Source: a virus (lineage: Duplodnaviria; Heunggongvirae; Uroviricota; Caudoviricetes). From it: a DNA stretch of 6,750 bases. Each line of letters opens with the position of its first letter. Position 1 is the first letter of the stretch. Location of the stretch: IMG/VR virus record IMGVR_UViG_2734482533_000011. One strand, given 5' to 3'. The notes under the pieces were generated by a model, which made no database searches, had not been told where the DNA came from, and worked only from the letters and a program-made list of their open reading frames with translations. Of the stretch, positions 1 through 6,682 are shown in pieces. A program made the translations under genes and the position numbers.

Positions 1-91
1 GAGCGTTTCCGGATTCTTACACAGCCACTGGATCGGTCAACTGATCCTTAACTGATCGGCATTAGCTCAATGAGCACCTTTTTTCTGTCTG

Positions 92-382
92 TTATTTATT
101 CGCTGATTTTTCTGCTCGTTGCCTGCGAAGCTCTTTCGGATCGGCAATGAGAGGGCGATAAATCTCCACCCGATCGCCATCATGCACACTATCGCTTAGT
201 TTTGCCGGACGGCTGTAAATGCCGACTTTGTTTTTAGTTAAATCGATATCGGTACGCAATTCCAGCAAGCCACTGGCGCGAATAGCTTCTTCAACCGTCG
301 CGCCCTCCTGCAGCGTCACGCGCTGCAGGTACTGCTTCTCAGGTAGCGCATAAGCCACCTCAACGGCAATTTTACCTAGCAC
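92..382 (-). CDS. ratB: RatB/YfjF (UPF0125 family), 96 aa, probable GTG start
   Basis: The ORF-track frame 92..466 contains the sequence [95 protein letters not shown], which I recognise as E. coli RatB. A GTG at 382..380 gives the expected 96 aa and overlaps the ratA stop by 11 nt; the longer 124-aa ORF from 466 would run deep into ratA. Confidence 0.75.
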   Translation of the reverse strand: MLGKIAVEVAYALPEKQYLQRVTLQEGATVEEAIRASGLLELRTDIDLTKNKVGIYSRPAKLSDSVHDGDRVEIYRPLIADPKELRRQRAEKSANK

Positions 383-848
383 TGTAAACCTCTTTCGCAC
401 GAACCGTAAAAGCCTGGACCATATTAGACGCCAGCTCTTTAAACACGCGACCAAAGGCGAGTTCAATCAACTTATTGGTAAACTCAAAGTCGAGATGAAA
501 CTCGATACGACACGCCTCCTGGCTCAGCGGCGTAAACTTCCATCCACCAATCAATTTCTTGAACGGCCCATCCACCAGATTCATAAGAATACTTTGGTTA
601 CTGGTCAACTGGTTGCGGGTAGTAAACGTTTTGCTGATCCCAGCCTTAGAGACATCTACCGCCGCAGTCATCTGCCCAGGAGTGGACTCCAGAATCCGAC
701 TTCCGGTACAACCCGGCAAAAACTGAGGATAAGACTGAACGTCATTCACTAACTGATACATTTGCTCCGCGCTGTAGGGTACCAGTGCGGTCCGGCTAAT
801 CTGAGGCATAACTATTTCCATCAACAAAAATCCAACAAATAATATCAT
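372..848 (-). CDS. ratA: RatA/YfjG ribosome-association toxin (SRPBCC/polyketide-cyclase-like), 158 aa
   Basis: Uninterrupted 158-aa ORF whose translation (…[36 protein letters not shown]…RAKEVYSAR) matches E. coli RatA from memory; it sits immediately upstream of and co-oriented with ratB and divergent from smpB, as in E. coli. Confidence 0.9.
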   Translation of the reverse strand: MILFVGFLLMEIVMPQISRTALVPYSAEQMYQLVNDVQSYPQFLPGCTGSRILESTPGQMTAAVDVSKAGISKTFTTRNQLTSNQSILMNLVDGPFKKLIGGWKFTPLSQEACRIEFHLDFEFTNKLIELAFGRVFKELASNMVQAFTVRAKEVYSAR

Positions 849-979
849 TTATCCTGCTGTAAAAAAAACGCTATCCCGGCGCTGGGTAACATCGGGTTCA
901 TGCTAAGATAGAGCCTTGTCCCCCGCAGGATTGATATGGGGTGTTTTCGATTTCAGATTACCGATGATTCACGACGCTT

Positions 980-1462
980 ATGACGAAGAAAAAAGCACAT
1001 AAACCTGGTTCAGCGACCATCGCGCTTAACAAGCGCGCCCGTCACGAATACTTTATCGAAGAAGAGTTCGAAGCGGGACTTGCCCTGCAAGGCTGGGAAG
1101 TTAAATCCCTGCGCGCAGGAAAAGCCAATATCAGCGACAGCTACGTCCTTCTGCGTGACGGAGAGGCATTTCTGTTTGGCGCTAACATCACGCCAATGGC
1201 CGTGGCCTCCACGCATGTGGTGTGCGATCCTACCCGTACCCGCAAGTTACTTCTCAACCAGCGCGAACTGGACTCATTGTACGGTCGCGTCAATCGAGAA
1301 GGCTATACCGTAGTGGCGCTCTCCCTGTACTGGAAAAATGCCTGGTGCAAAGTGAAAATCGGCGTCGCCAAAGGTAAAAAACAGCACGATAAACGTTCAG
1401 ATATCAAAGAACGCGAATGGCAGGTGGATAAAGCACGTATCATGAAAAACGCCCACCGTTAA
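980..1462 (+). CDS. smpB: SmpB, SsrA-binding protein (trans-translation), 160 aa
   Basis: 160-aa [61 protein letters not shown]… is the recognisable enterobacterial SmpB; it lies about 214 nt upstream of the tmRNA gene on the same strand. Confidence 0.97.
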
Positions 1463-1653
1463 ACCTGCACTCCAATTATTGACCAGTTCCTCACCGCGCC
1501 TCCCTCTCCGGCGGCGCGAATGAACATCTTATTGGCTATCACATCCGACACAAATGTTGCCATCCCATTGCTTAATCGAATAAAAATCAGGCTACATGGG
1601 TGCTAAATCTTTAACGATAACGCCATTGAGGCTGGTCATGGCGCTCATAAATC

Positions 1654-1662
1654 TGGTATACT
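1654..1662 (+). promoter_or_regulatory. Candidate extended -10 element (TGgTATACT) of the ssrA promoter
   Basis: TGGTATACT lies about 15 nt upstream of the mature tmRNA 5' end (1677), consistent with a short leader removed by RNase P. No convincing -35 hexamer at 17-bp spacing. Sequence-only inference. Confidence 0.3.
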
Positions 1663-1676
1663 TACCTTTACACATT

Positions 1677-2039
1677 GGGGCTGATTCTGGATTCGACGGG
1701 ATTTGCGAAACCCAAGGTGCATGCCGAGGGGCGGTTGGCCTCGTAAAAAGCCGCAAAAAATAGTCGCAAACGACGAAAACTACGCTTTAGCAGCTTAATA
1801 ACCTGCTTAGAGCCCTCTCTCCCTAGCCTCCGCTCTTAGGACGGGGATCAAGAGAGGTCAAACCCAAAAGAGATCGCGTGGAAGCCCTGCCTGGGGTTGA
1901 AGCGTTAAAACTTAATCAGGCTAGTTTGTTAGTGGCGTGTCCGTCCGCAGCTGGCAAGCGAATGTAAAGACTGACTAAGCATGTAGTACCGAGGATGTAG
2001 GAATTTCGGACGCGGGTTCAACTCCCGCCAGCTCCACCA
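1677..2039 (+). ncRNA. ssrA: tmRNA (SsrA, 10Sa RNA), 363 nt mature form
   Basis: Starts GGGGCTGATTCTGGATTCGACGGG (tRNA-like acceptor 5' half) and ends GGTTCAACTCCCGCCAGCTCCACCA (T-arm plus CCA). It contains the resume codon and tag reading frame. Length is exactly 363 nt. Confidence 0.97.
1766..1798 (+). other. tmRNA tag-peptide reading frame (ANDENYALAA + TAA)
   Basis: GCA AAC GAC GAA AAC TAC GCT TTA GCA GCT TAA read directly from the sequence. The Escherichia-type tag (N at position 5) points to Escherichia/Shigella rather than Salmonella. Confidence 0.9.
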
Positions 2040-2140
2040 CTTTTGACAGGACTGCAACCGGACAGAGACTATAAAAACAGTCACTTACGGACACTGACCA
2101 GACAGTAAGCGGACCAGAAAAAGACAAAAATATACACGCA

Positions 2141-2156
2141 AAATGCACGTGCATTT
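2141..2156. repeat. Perfect 16-bp palindrome AAATGCACGTGCATTT
   Basis: Read directly: AAATGCAC followed by its reverse complement GTGCATTT. It lies between the tmRNA 3' end and the terminator hairpin. Confidence 0.6.
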
Positions 2157-2157
2157 C

Positions 2158-2193
2158 AAAAAAGCCTCTGATTATGAAGTCAGAGGCTTTTCT
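2158..2193. terminator. Bidirectional rho-independent terminator
   Basis: AAAAAA, then GCCTCTGA, an 8-nt loop, TCAGAGGC, then TTTTCT. An 8-bp perfect stem flanked by an A-run on one side and a T-run on the other can terminate the minus-strand tail-fibre operon (ending at 2238) and plus-strand read-through from ssrA. Confidence 0.6.
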
Positions 2194-2237
2194 AGTTGTA
2201 AATAAGGGTAACAATTTAACACGATGCAGCTTACCAA

Positions 2238-2702
2238 TTACGTAACATCAAACGCTCTAATTGTTCCCAAATCCTCCAGACCACTCAGCTCCTCTTTCAT
2301 TTCACGCTGACGGCGATAAATCTCATCGTTGCGATCGACCTGCGCCTGCACCATTGCTGCCGCCAGTTCTTCCAGTTCCGGCATCGACAGTTTCACCTGC
2401 TGATTATCGGCATCATTCCATTCAAACGTGAACGGCTTCGCCTCCTGTTCTGTGCGCCATGCTTCAATTTCCTGACGTCTGGCCTCTCTGGCCGCTTCCA
2501 GCATTTCTGGTGTCACAGTGAATGGGGCTATCTCACCCCATTTGCCACTTTGCAGTTCCTGCCAGATTCGCTGACCCGTCGGTGCGACATCATCAGCGGT
2601 GGCTGTGTAGGGGACTGCCTGGTCCCTGTCGTCAAAAAAAACGTCACAGTCTACTGCGCCACTTTCGGTATAACGGGGATTAATGATTTTTTTAATTTCC
2701 AC
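2238..2702 (-). CDS. Putative tail-fibre assembly/chaperone-like protein partnered with the Stf-like fibre (atypical, family not recognised), about 154 aa
   Basis: ORF immediately downstream of the Stf-like gene. A GTG at 2702..2700 is preceded by GAGGAA with about 6-nt spacing and lies 10 nt after the stf TGA stop; the ORF-track ATG at 2762 would overlap stf by 50 nt. Acidic, helix-rich sequence (…FTVTPEMLEAAREARRQEIEAWRTEQEA…) in the position lambda tfa occupies after stf, but the C-terminus does not match the classical Tfa signature I remember. Confidence 0.6.
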   Translation of the reverse strand: MEIKKIINPRYTESGAVDCDVFFDDRDQAVPYTATADDVAPTGQRIWQELQSGKWGEIAPFTVTPEMLEAAREARRQEIEAWRTEQEAKPFTFEWNDADNQQVKLSMPELEELAAAMVQAQVDRNDEIYRRQREMKEELSGLEDLGTIRAFDVT

Positions 2703-2712
2703 GGTGCATTCC

Positions 2713-3981
2713 TCACGATGTGCGAATAAAAAGCCCGGGCATTGCGCCAGAGACATGAGCATCCGGCACCCCGGACAGGGCGCAATATGACCCCGGTAAT
2801 GAATGCTCTGAACATCCCGTAATGAAAAATTGTGGGGATGCTATATACGTTCCGGTGGGAGTACTGGGCACTGAAATCCCCACCGGTCCCAGTCGTGAGC
2901 CTCTGTATGACTGCCCCCTGACAAGTCTGATGACTTTATCACCGTCAGCTTCTCCCTGGTACGCAGCAATAATCAGCCCGCCAATGTCAGGGTCTCCCCA
3001 TCTGTTGCAGACAGAGCTCGCCACGATTCTGTAAATAATATCTTCTGTGGTTATATTTATTTTCACCCAGCCAGTCAGTCTGGATATGGGCCAGTAGCAG
3101 TAGCGGGTGTGATAAATGGGGCCGTTAATGCCGTAAAAAGTAAGGGATTTGGCTCTGTACCTCGGTTCTGTTGTCTCAGGGCGTGCATCAGTCCACCGGA
3201 TGCTGAGCACCCCTTCAAACCGTGTGTCGGGTATGATGATGTCGTAGGGGCCAGCAACGGAATATTCACCTGGCAGCGCATTCCTTACCCAGGCCAGGAA
3301 ATCACTCTTAGTGTCAAAACGGATAACATCTTCAGGCAGAAAAGCACACCCAAAGCCGAATGCGCCGGGTATCGCCAGACGGCCTTTTGTCCGGTCGTAA
3401 ATGTCGCTCTGTGCTTCCATCGTGGCCGCACTTTTCAGCCCCAGATTATCCCGGGACTTCTGTTGTGCCTTTTCGCCTGCTGCTGCGATTTCAGACAGAT
3501 GGTTAGCCGTTTTCAGAGTGCCGGTCAGCGCAGCATCAATGTCATTTTTGGCCTGCTCTGCTGCGCGGGCATAACCTGCGGCTGCCGCCACATCCTGCGC
3601 CGTCTGCTGTGCGTTTCCGGCTGCGGCCCCGGCGCTCTGCTGCGCCTGCGCCACCATTTCCTCAAAGCGTTTGACGACATCCGGTTTCAGGTCGCCCTCA
3701 TCAGGAGCAATCAGAAAGTCATTCAGCGTGCCGGGCTTTGAGTCGTCGTATACAGCAATGTCGCCAACACAGTACTCGTCGCGCCAGTCCCGTTTCAGAT
3801 ACACGCAATATTTTCCGACCTGTGCCTCAAACGAATATTCACCGTTATTTCCGGTCACTACATCAGCCCTGGTACGCATCACCACTTCTGAGGTGTTTAC
3901 ACGGGATTTCAGAATAATCTGGCATCCGGACATGGGGATGCCTGCGCCATCAGTCAGCGCACCTGATATCACTACAGACAT
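2713..3981 (-). CDS. Side tail fibre protein, lambda Stf-like N-terminal domain with a divergent C-terminal receptor-binding region, 422 aa
   Basis: N-terminus MSVVISGALTDGAGIPMSGCQIILKSRVNTSEVV…YDDSKPGTLNDFLIAPDEGDLKPDVVKRFEEMV parallels lambda Stf (MAVKISGVLKDGTGKPVQNCTIQLKARRNSTTVV…YEDSQPGTLNDFLCAMTEDDARPEVLRRLELMV), followed by an Ala/Gln-rich shaft segment. The C-terminal ~230 aa are not recognisable to me. Confidence 0.85.
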   Translation of the reverse strand: MSVVISGALTDGAGIPMSGCQIILKSRVNTSEVVMRTRADVVTGNNGEYSFEAQVGKYCVYLKRDWRDEYCVGDIAVYDDSKPGTLNDFLIAPDEGDLKPDVVKRFEEMVAQAQQSAGAAAGNAQQTAQDVAAAAGYARAAEQAKNDIDAALTGTLKTANHLSEIAAAGEKAQQKSRDNLGLKSAATMEAQSDIYDRTKGRLAIPGAFGFGCAFLPEDVIRFDTKSDFLAWVRNALPGEYSVAGPYDIIIPDTRFEGVLSIRWTDARPETTEPRYRAKSLTFYGINGPIYHTRYCYWPISRLTGWVKINITTEDIIYRIVASSVCNRWGDPDIGGLIIAAYQGEADGDKVIRLVRGQSYRGSRLGPVGISVPSTPTGTYIASPQFFITGCSEHSLPGSYCALSGVPDAHVSGAMPGLFIRTS

Positions 3982-4004
3982 AGTTTTTCTCGCGATAAAT
4001 TAAA

Positions 4005-4550
4005 TCAGGAAGAACCTTCCGGAGAGACGGACCATTCAATGGCGTTATATGAGGATTTATCAGTGATGGTGCTGAAATCCATCGCCTGCAGCGATTTCGC
4101 GTAAATACGGTACGCTTTCAGTTTTTCCCGGTCTTCGTCGCTGATTAGCCCCAGCAGCAGGTCTTCTTCCCATTCCCCTGTCCGGGCACTGACCTGAGCC
4201 AGAAGGGCATCACGCTCATCTTCCGCTTTGAGTCTGTAGTCAAAGACAAATTCATCATTGCGGTAAAACCAGTAACCCGGCGCGGTAATGCGGCGGTTGG
4301 CGGTAATATCAGGAACTTCAATAACACTGGCGTTACGGGGTTCAATGCCTGTCACATCCTTACCGACCCACACCACGCGCCCGTCTCCGGTGTAAACCAT
4401 TTTTATGGTGTCACTGGCAAAGTTCTTCTGTTCTTCATACCAGTTTTTGCCGTCTTCCGAAAAAAGCCAGGTGACATCATACTGTTTTGTCAGCTGATAT
4501 TATTCCGCGGTTTTCGGATTACCTGCCGTAATATTTTTTAAATGCAACAT
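4005..4550 (-). pseudogene. Tail-fibre assembly protein (Tfa, Caudovirales TAP family) interrupted by an in-frame TAA at 4502..4500
   Basis: ATG at 4550..4548 (2 nt after the fibre-gene stop) opens MLHLKNITAGNPKTAE, then TAA, then the same frame continues YQLTKQYDVTWLFSEDGKNWYEEQKNFASDTIK-MVYTG…VIEVPDITANRR… to a stop at 4005. The N-terminal and central motifs match Tfa/TfaE-type chaperones as I recall them. The ORF track only reports the 3' part (4005..4400). Confidence 0.7.
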
Positions 4551-4552
4551 TG

Positions 4553-5593
4553 TTAAATACTCGCTACGTTATACCAGGTGCCATTAATCAGTTTTTGCAG
4601 CGGTCGGTAATACACGCCGTTGACGTTATCCGCTGAGTTACGGCCGGTATCCGATATCGATATCCCTGACAGCCCGTGTCCCGAAGGTGAGCGAAATGTC
4701 CACGAAACGGTGTTACTGCCGGGGGGGTAATACATTTCATAACCATACCGCACATCCTGCACGCCACCATTTCGCTGCTGGTAACGGGCATCAAAGTTTC
4801 CGTAGTCTGACGGTGTTACCCGTCCTGTAACGTTTACAGCTTTATTACTCTGGATACTGCCACTCTGAAAACGCAACACATGCACGCTATTGGCATAAAC
4901 ATCCAGCAGGCCATCACCATTCTGTTTGAATCCGGTGTCATTATCACCAAGAACAATTGAATTCCCCCCCAGGGCGTTCTGAACGCCGATACCCAGCGCA
5001 CCATTGACCTGCGAACCACCGCCAACAGACACTTTATGCGACATGGATATTTCACCCGTCCGCAGATTAATGGTGAACGGGCGCAGGGGACCAATATCGC
5101 CATTTTCCCCCTGACCTTCACTGGTGGGAATAAGGTGCAGGCACTCTTCCGAACGACGAAAAATCAGGCCAAAAGCTTCGTTGAAAATCCTCAGCGCATT
5201 AACACCACGGATTTTCAGCTCTCCGGTCATGGTGTCGCCATCACGCTGAACGGCATTTTTTGCCTTATCCACCGTGGGTTTTAATCCGAGGTTTTCAACA
5301 GCCTCATCCCTGTCTTCCACATCCGAAAGGTTATTTTTTATCAGCAATGCCTCTTCGTTAATTGCACCGCCCACCAGCAATAATATAGCCTTATATAGCT
5401 GGTCGTGTTCTTCTTTATTCAGTTCTATCCCGGCCTTCTCAATGACACCACAGATTTCCTCCTGAATGGCATTCCACATGGCACTGTTCAGCCAGGTAGC
5501 AAGACGTCCTGTGCGAAGATTTCCGTCAGTAAATCCGTTCTTACCCGGACCAAACTTATCTTTTACCGCAGTCAGCGTATCAATCCTGTGCAT
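4553..5593 (-). CDS. Tail fibre protein, Mu S / P2 gpH-type C-terminal receptor-binding region, about 346 aa
   Basis: C-terminal segment …NALGGNSIVLGDNDTGFKQNGDGLLDVYANS…YGNFDARY…YRPLQKLINGTWYNVASI closely parallels the P2 gpH / Mu S-type fibre C-terminus as I remember it. Probable start is the ATG at 5593 (GAGGA 5 nt upstream); the ORF-track start at 5605 lacks an SD. Overlaps the upstream gene stop. Confidence 0.85.
   Translation of the reverse strand: MHRIDTLTAVKDKFGPGKNGFTDGNLRTGRLATWLNSAMWNAIQEEICGVIEKAGIELNKEEHDQLYKAILLLVGGAINEEALLIKNNLSDVEDRDEAVENLGLKPTVDKAKNAVQRDGDTMTGELKIRGVNALRIFNEAFGLIFRRSEECLHLIPTSEGQGENGDIGPLRPFTINLRTGEISMSHKVSVGGGSQVNGALGIGVQNALGGNSIVLGDNDTGFKQNGDGLLDVYANSVHVLRFQSGSIQSNKAVNVTGRVTPSDYGNFDARYQQRNGGVQDVRYGYEMYYPPGSNTVSWTFRSPSGHGLSGISISDTGRNSADNVNGVYYRPLQKLINGTWYNVASI
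5278..5303 (-). other. gix/hix-like recombination half-site inside the tail-fibre gene (possible relic crossover site)
   Basis: Minus strand reads CTGTTGAAAACC-TC-GGATTAAAACCC. The left arm and central TC resemble Hin/Gin/Pin sites (hixL TTCTTGAAAACC, gix core AAAACCTCGG) as I recall them; the right arm is a poor match. Lies about 100 codons into the fibre gene. Confidence 0.3.
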
Positions 5594-6170
5594 CTTCATC
5601 CTCATCTGGATAGGAAAATAAAACGACGGTGTGTGACGGACATAATTTATTAATCACGCACTCCGCAACCGTATCCCCCCACGTCCGGATCGGTGTGTTG
5701 CAGGCGTCCGTGCATGTCTGCCACTGAGCACCGGCATCCATCGGCAACGTCACACGCCAGAAATAACGCCAGCGATCTCCCCATTCCGGATCGGGGCTTG
5801 CATCCAAGTGCTGGAACTGTTCGATCGTTACGCCGGTATATCCCAGCGCCTCAAGCTGATCCAGGAAGAACTGCTCATTTATGCCACCAGCCACATTGGC
5901 TTTTGCTTCAAGACGTTGCTGACGCTGGCGTAATGTCTGGGTTCCGACAGGGGAACAGGAATCAGGTAAACCATACAATTCTTCATAACGTTCAATCAGC
6001 TCTGTGGACTGACCGGGATCGATTTCAATCACCAGTTCATCAGCCCGCTGGTGAACACGCACAAGCGATGGTGCCAGACCGTCAAGTACACCGTCGGTAT
6101 CTGACCATGCAGGCCCCGGCGGCATCAGTCCGTACAGCAGCTTTGTATAATCATCCTGTAACGAATCCAT
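5580..6170 (-). CDS. Phage tail/baseplate-associated protein, DUF2313 family (YmfQ / Mu gp48-like), 196 aa
   Basis: 196-aa ORF sited between the baseplate J-like gene and the tail fibre gene, the conserved position of Mu gp48 / e14 YmfQ-type genes. Its ATG overlaps the upstream stop (TAATG), indicating translational coupling. Confidence 0.8.
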   Translation of the reverse strand: MDSLQDDYTKLLYGLMPPGPAWSDTDGVLDGLAPSLVRVHQRADELVIEIDPGQSTELIERYEELYGLPDSCSPVGTQTLRQRQQRLEAKANVAGGINEQFFLDQLEALGYTGVTIEQFQHLDASPDPEWGDRWRYFWRVTLPMDAGAQWQTCTDACNTPIRTWGDTVAECVINKLCPSHTVVLFSYPDEDEDAQD

Positions 6171-6682
6171 TATTTACTCCTTGCCGGGTCATAAGCCTGC
6201 CAGGTGATCTCGCCGAGCACCGGAAGCTCGGTCTCCCCCAGGTCAATATCCGATGAAGGGACGATTAACCGGTGGGCCACTTCACCAGCAGACAAACTGA
6301 TGGCCTCACTGATTCTGGACAGATACATACGCCCCTCTGGCACACCATCCCGTAACATCAGTGCATTCAGCTCTGCTTTTATTGCAGTCCTGATCTGCGG
6401 TGTGTCTTTCGATAATGCAATCGTCATCGGGATGACTTTTTCTGTGGCACCGAATACATACAATCCGCTTCCGGCAACAGGTGCCAGAGGAAGGATGTGG
6501 TCCCTGACTGCGTTAATCACGCTTTCATCCGGGGCCGGGCGTTCCGGATCGTTTGTCGCCACCATCACGCCAACCGTTCCAGTGCCTTTCCAGTGTCTGA
6601 AAGTCCATGCACGGTTAATACCCTGAACTTCTTTCGCCCAGATAACATAATCAGGGTCTGCGCCCCCGGTGATGCTGCCAAC
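6170..6682 (-). CDS. Baseplate J-like protein (Mu gp47 / P2 gpJ family), C-terminal portion; the 5' part appears disrupted
   Basis: The frame is open from 6682 down to the stop at 6170 and encodes …GADPDYVIWAKEVQGINRAWTF…VMVATNDPERP…, reminiscent of the central and C-terminal regions of baseplate J proteins. An in-frame TAA sits at 6685..6683 and the other two minus-strand frames are also blocked between about 6651 and 6693, so the full-length gene is not intact in this window. The ORF track starts it at GTG 6568. Confidence 0.65.
   Translation of the reverse strand, partial: VGSITGGADPDYVIWAKEVQGINRAWTFRHWKGTGTVGVMVATNDPERPAPDESVINAVRDHILPLAPVAGSGLYVFGATEKVIPMTIALSKDTPQIRTAIKAELNALMLRDGVPEGRMYLSRISEAISLSAGEVAHRLIVPSSDIDLGETELPVLGEITWQAYDPARSK

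Noticed and set aside
61-90. Possible terminator (GCTC-AAT-GAGC followed by TTTTTT) for a convergent upstream plus-strand gene
   Set aside because: The stem is only 4 bp, and I could not identify the upstream gene's 3' end in the first 90 nt, so it is too weak to report as a feature.
495-1313. ORFs 495..752 (+), 1010..1216 (-) and 1080..1313 (+)
   Set aside because: They are antisense to or frame-shifted within ratA and smpB, which are confidently identified.
1491-1520. GC-rich inverted repeat (CGCGCC…GGCGCG) downstream of smpB
   Set aside because: There is no following T-run, so it is not a canonical intrinsic terminator. It may be a structural or REP-like element but cannot be classified from sequence alone.
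2143-2205. 20-codon plus-strand ORF (MHVHFKKASDYEVRGFSSCK) starting in the palindrome
   Set aside because: It is made entirely of the palindrome and terminator hairpin sequence, has no RBS, and is best explained as structure.
1975-2214. Minus-strand 79-aa ORF overlapping the tmRNA 3' end and the terminator
   Set aside because: It overlaps a structured RNA gene and a terminator hairpin and has no RBS or recognisable family; it is a chance ORF.
3109-4003. Plus-strand ORFs 3109..3741 (210 aa) and 3671..4003 (110 aa)
   Set aside because: They lie antisense to the well-supported Stf-like gene. The translations are Cys/Arg/Leu-rich with no recognisable family and are typical antisense artefacts of a GC-rich, Ala-rich coding region.
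4588-5465. Short ORFs nested in or antisense to the tail-fibre gene (4588..4794, 4834..5121, 5036..5284, 5274..5465, 5405..5653)
   Set aside because: All are contained within the strongly supported fibre gene in other frames, with no independent support.
2238-5605. Diversity-generating retroelement targeting the fibre tips
   Set aside because: No reverse transcriptase ORF is in the window, and no template/variable repeat pair was evident by eye near the 3' ends of the fibre genes.
5693-6626. Plus-strand ORFs 5693..6256 (187 aa) and 6204..6626 (140 aa)
   Set aside because: Antisense to the DUF2313 and baseplate J-like genes; low-complexity Arg/Pro/Ser-rich translations with no start context.
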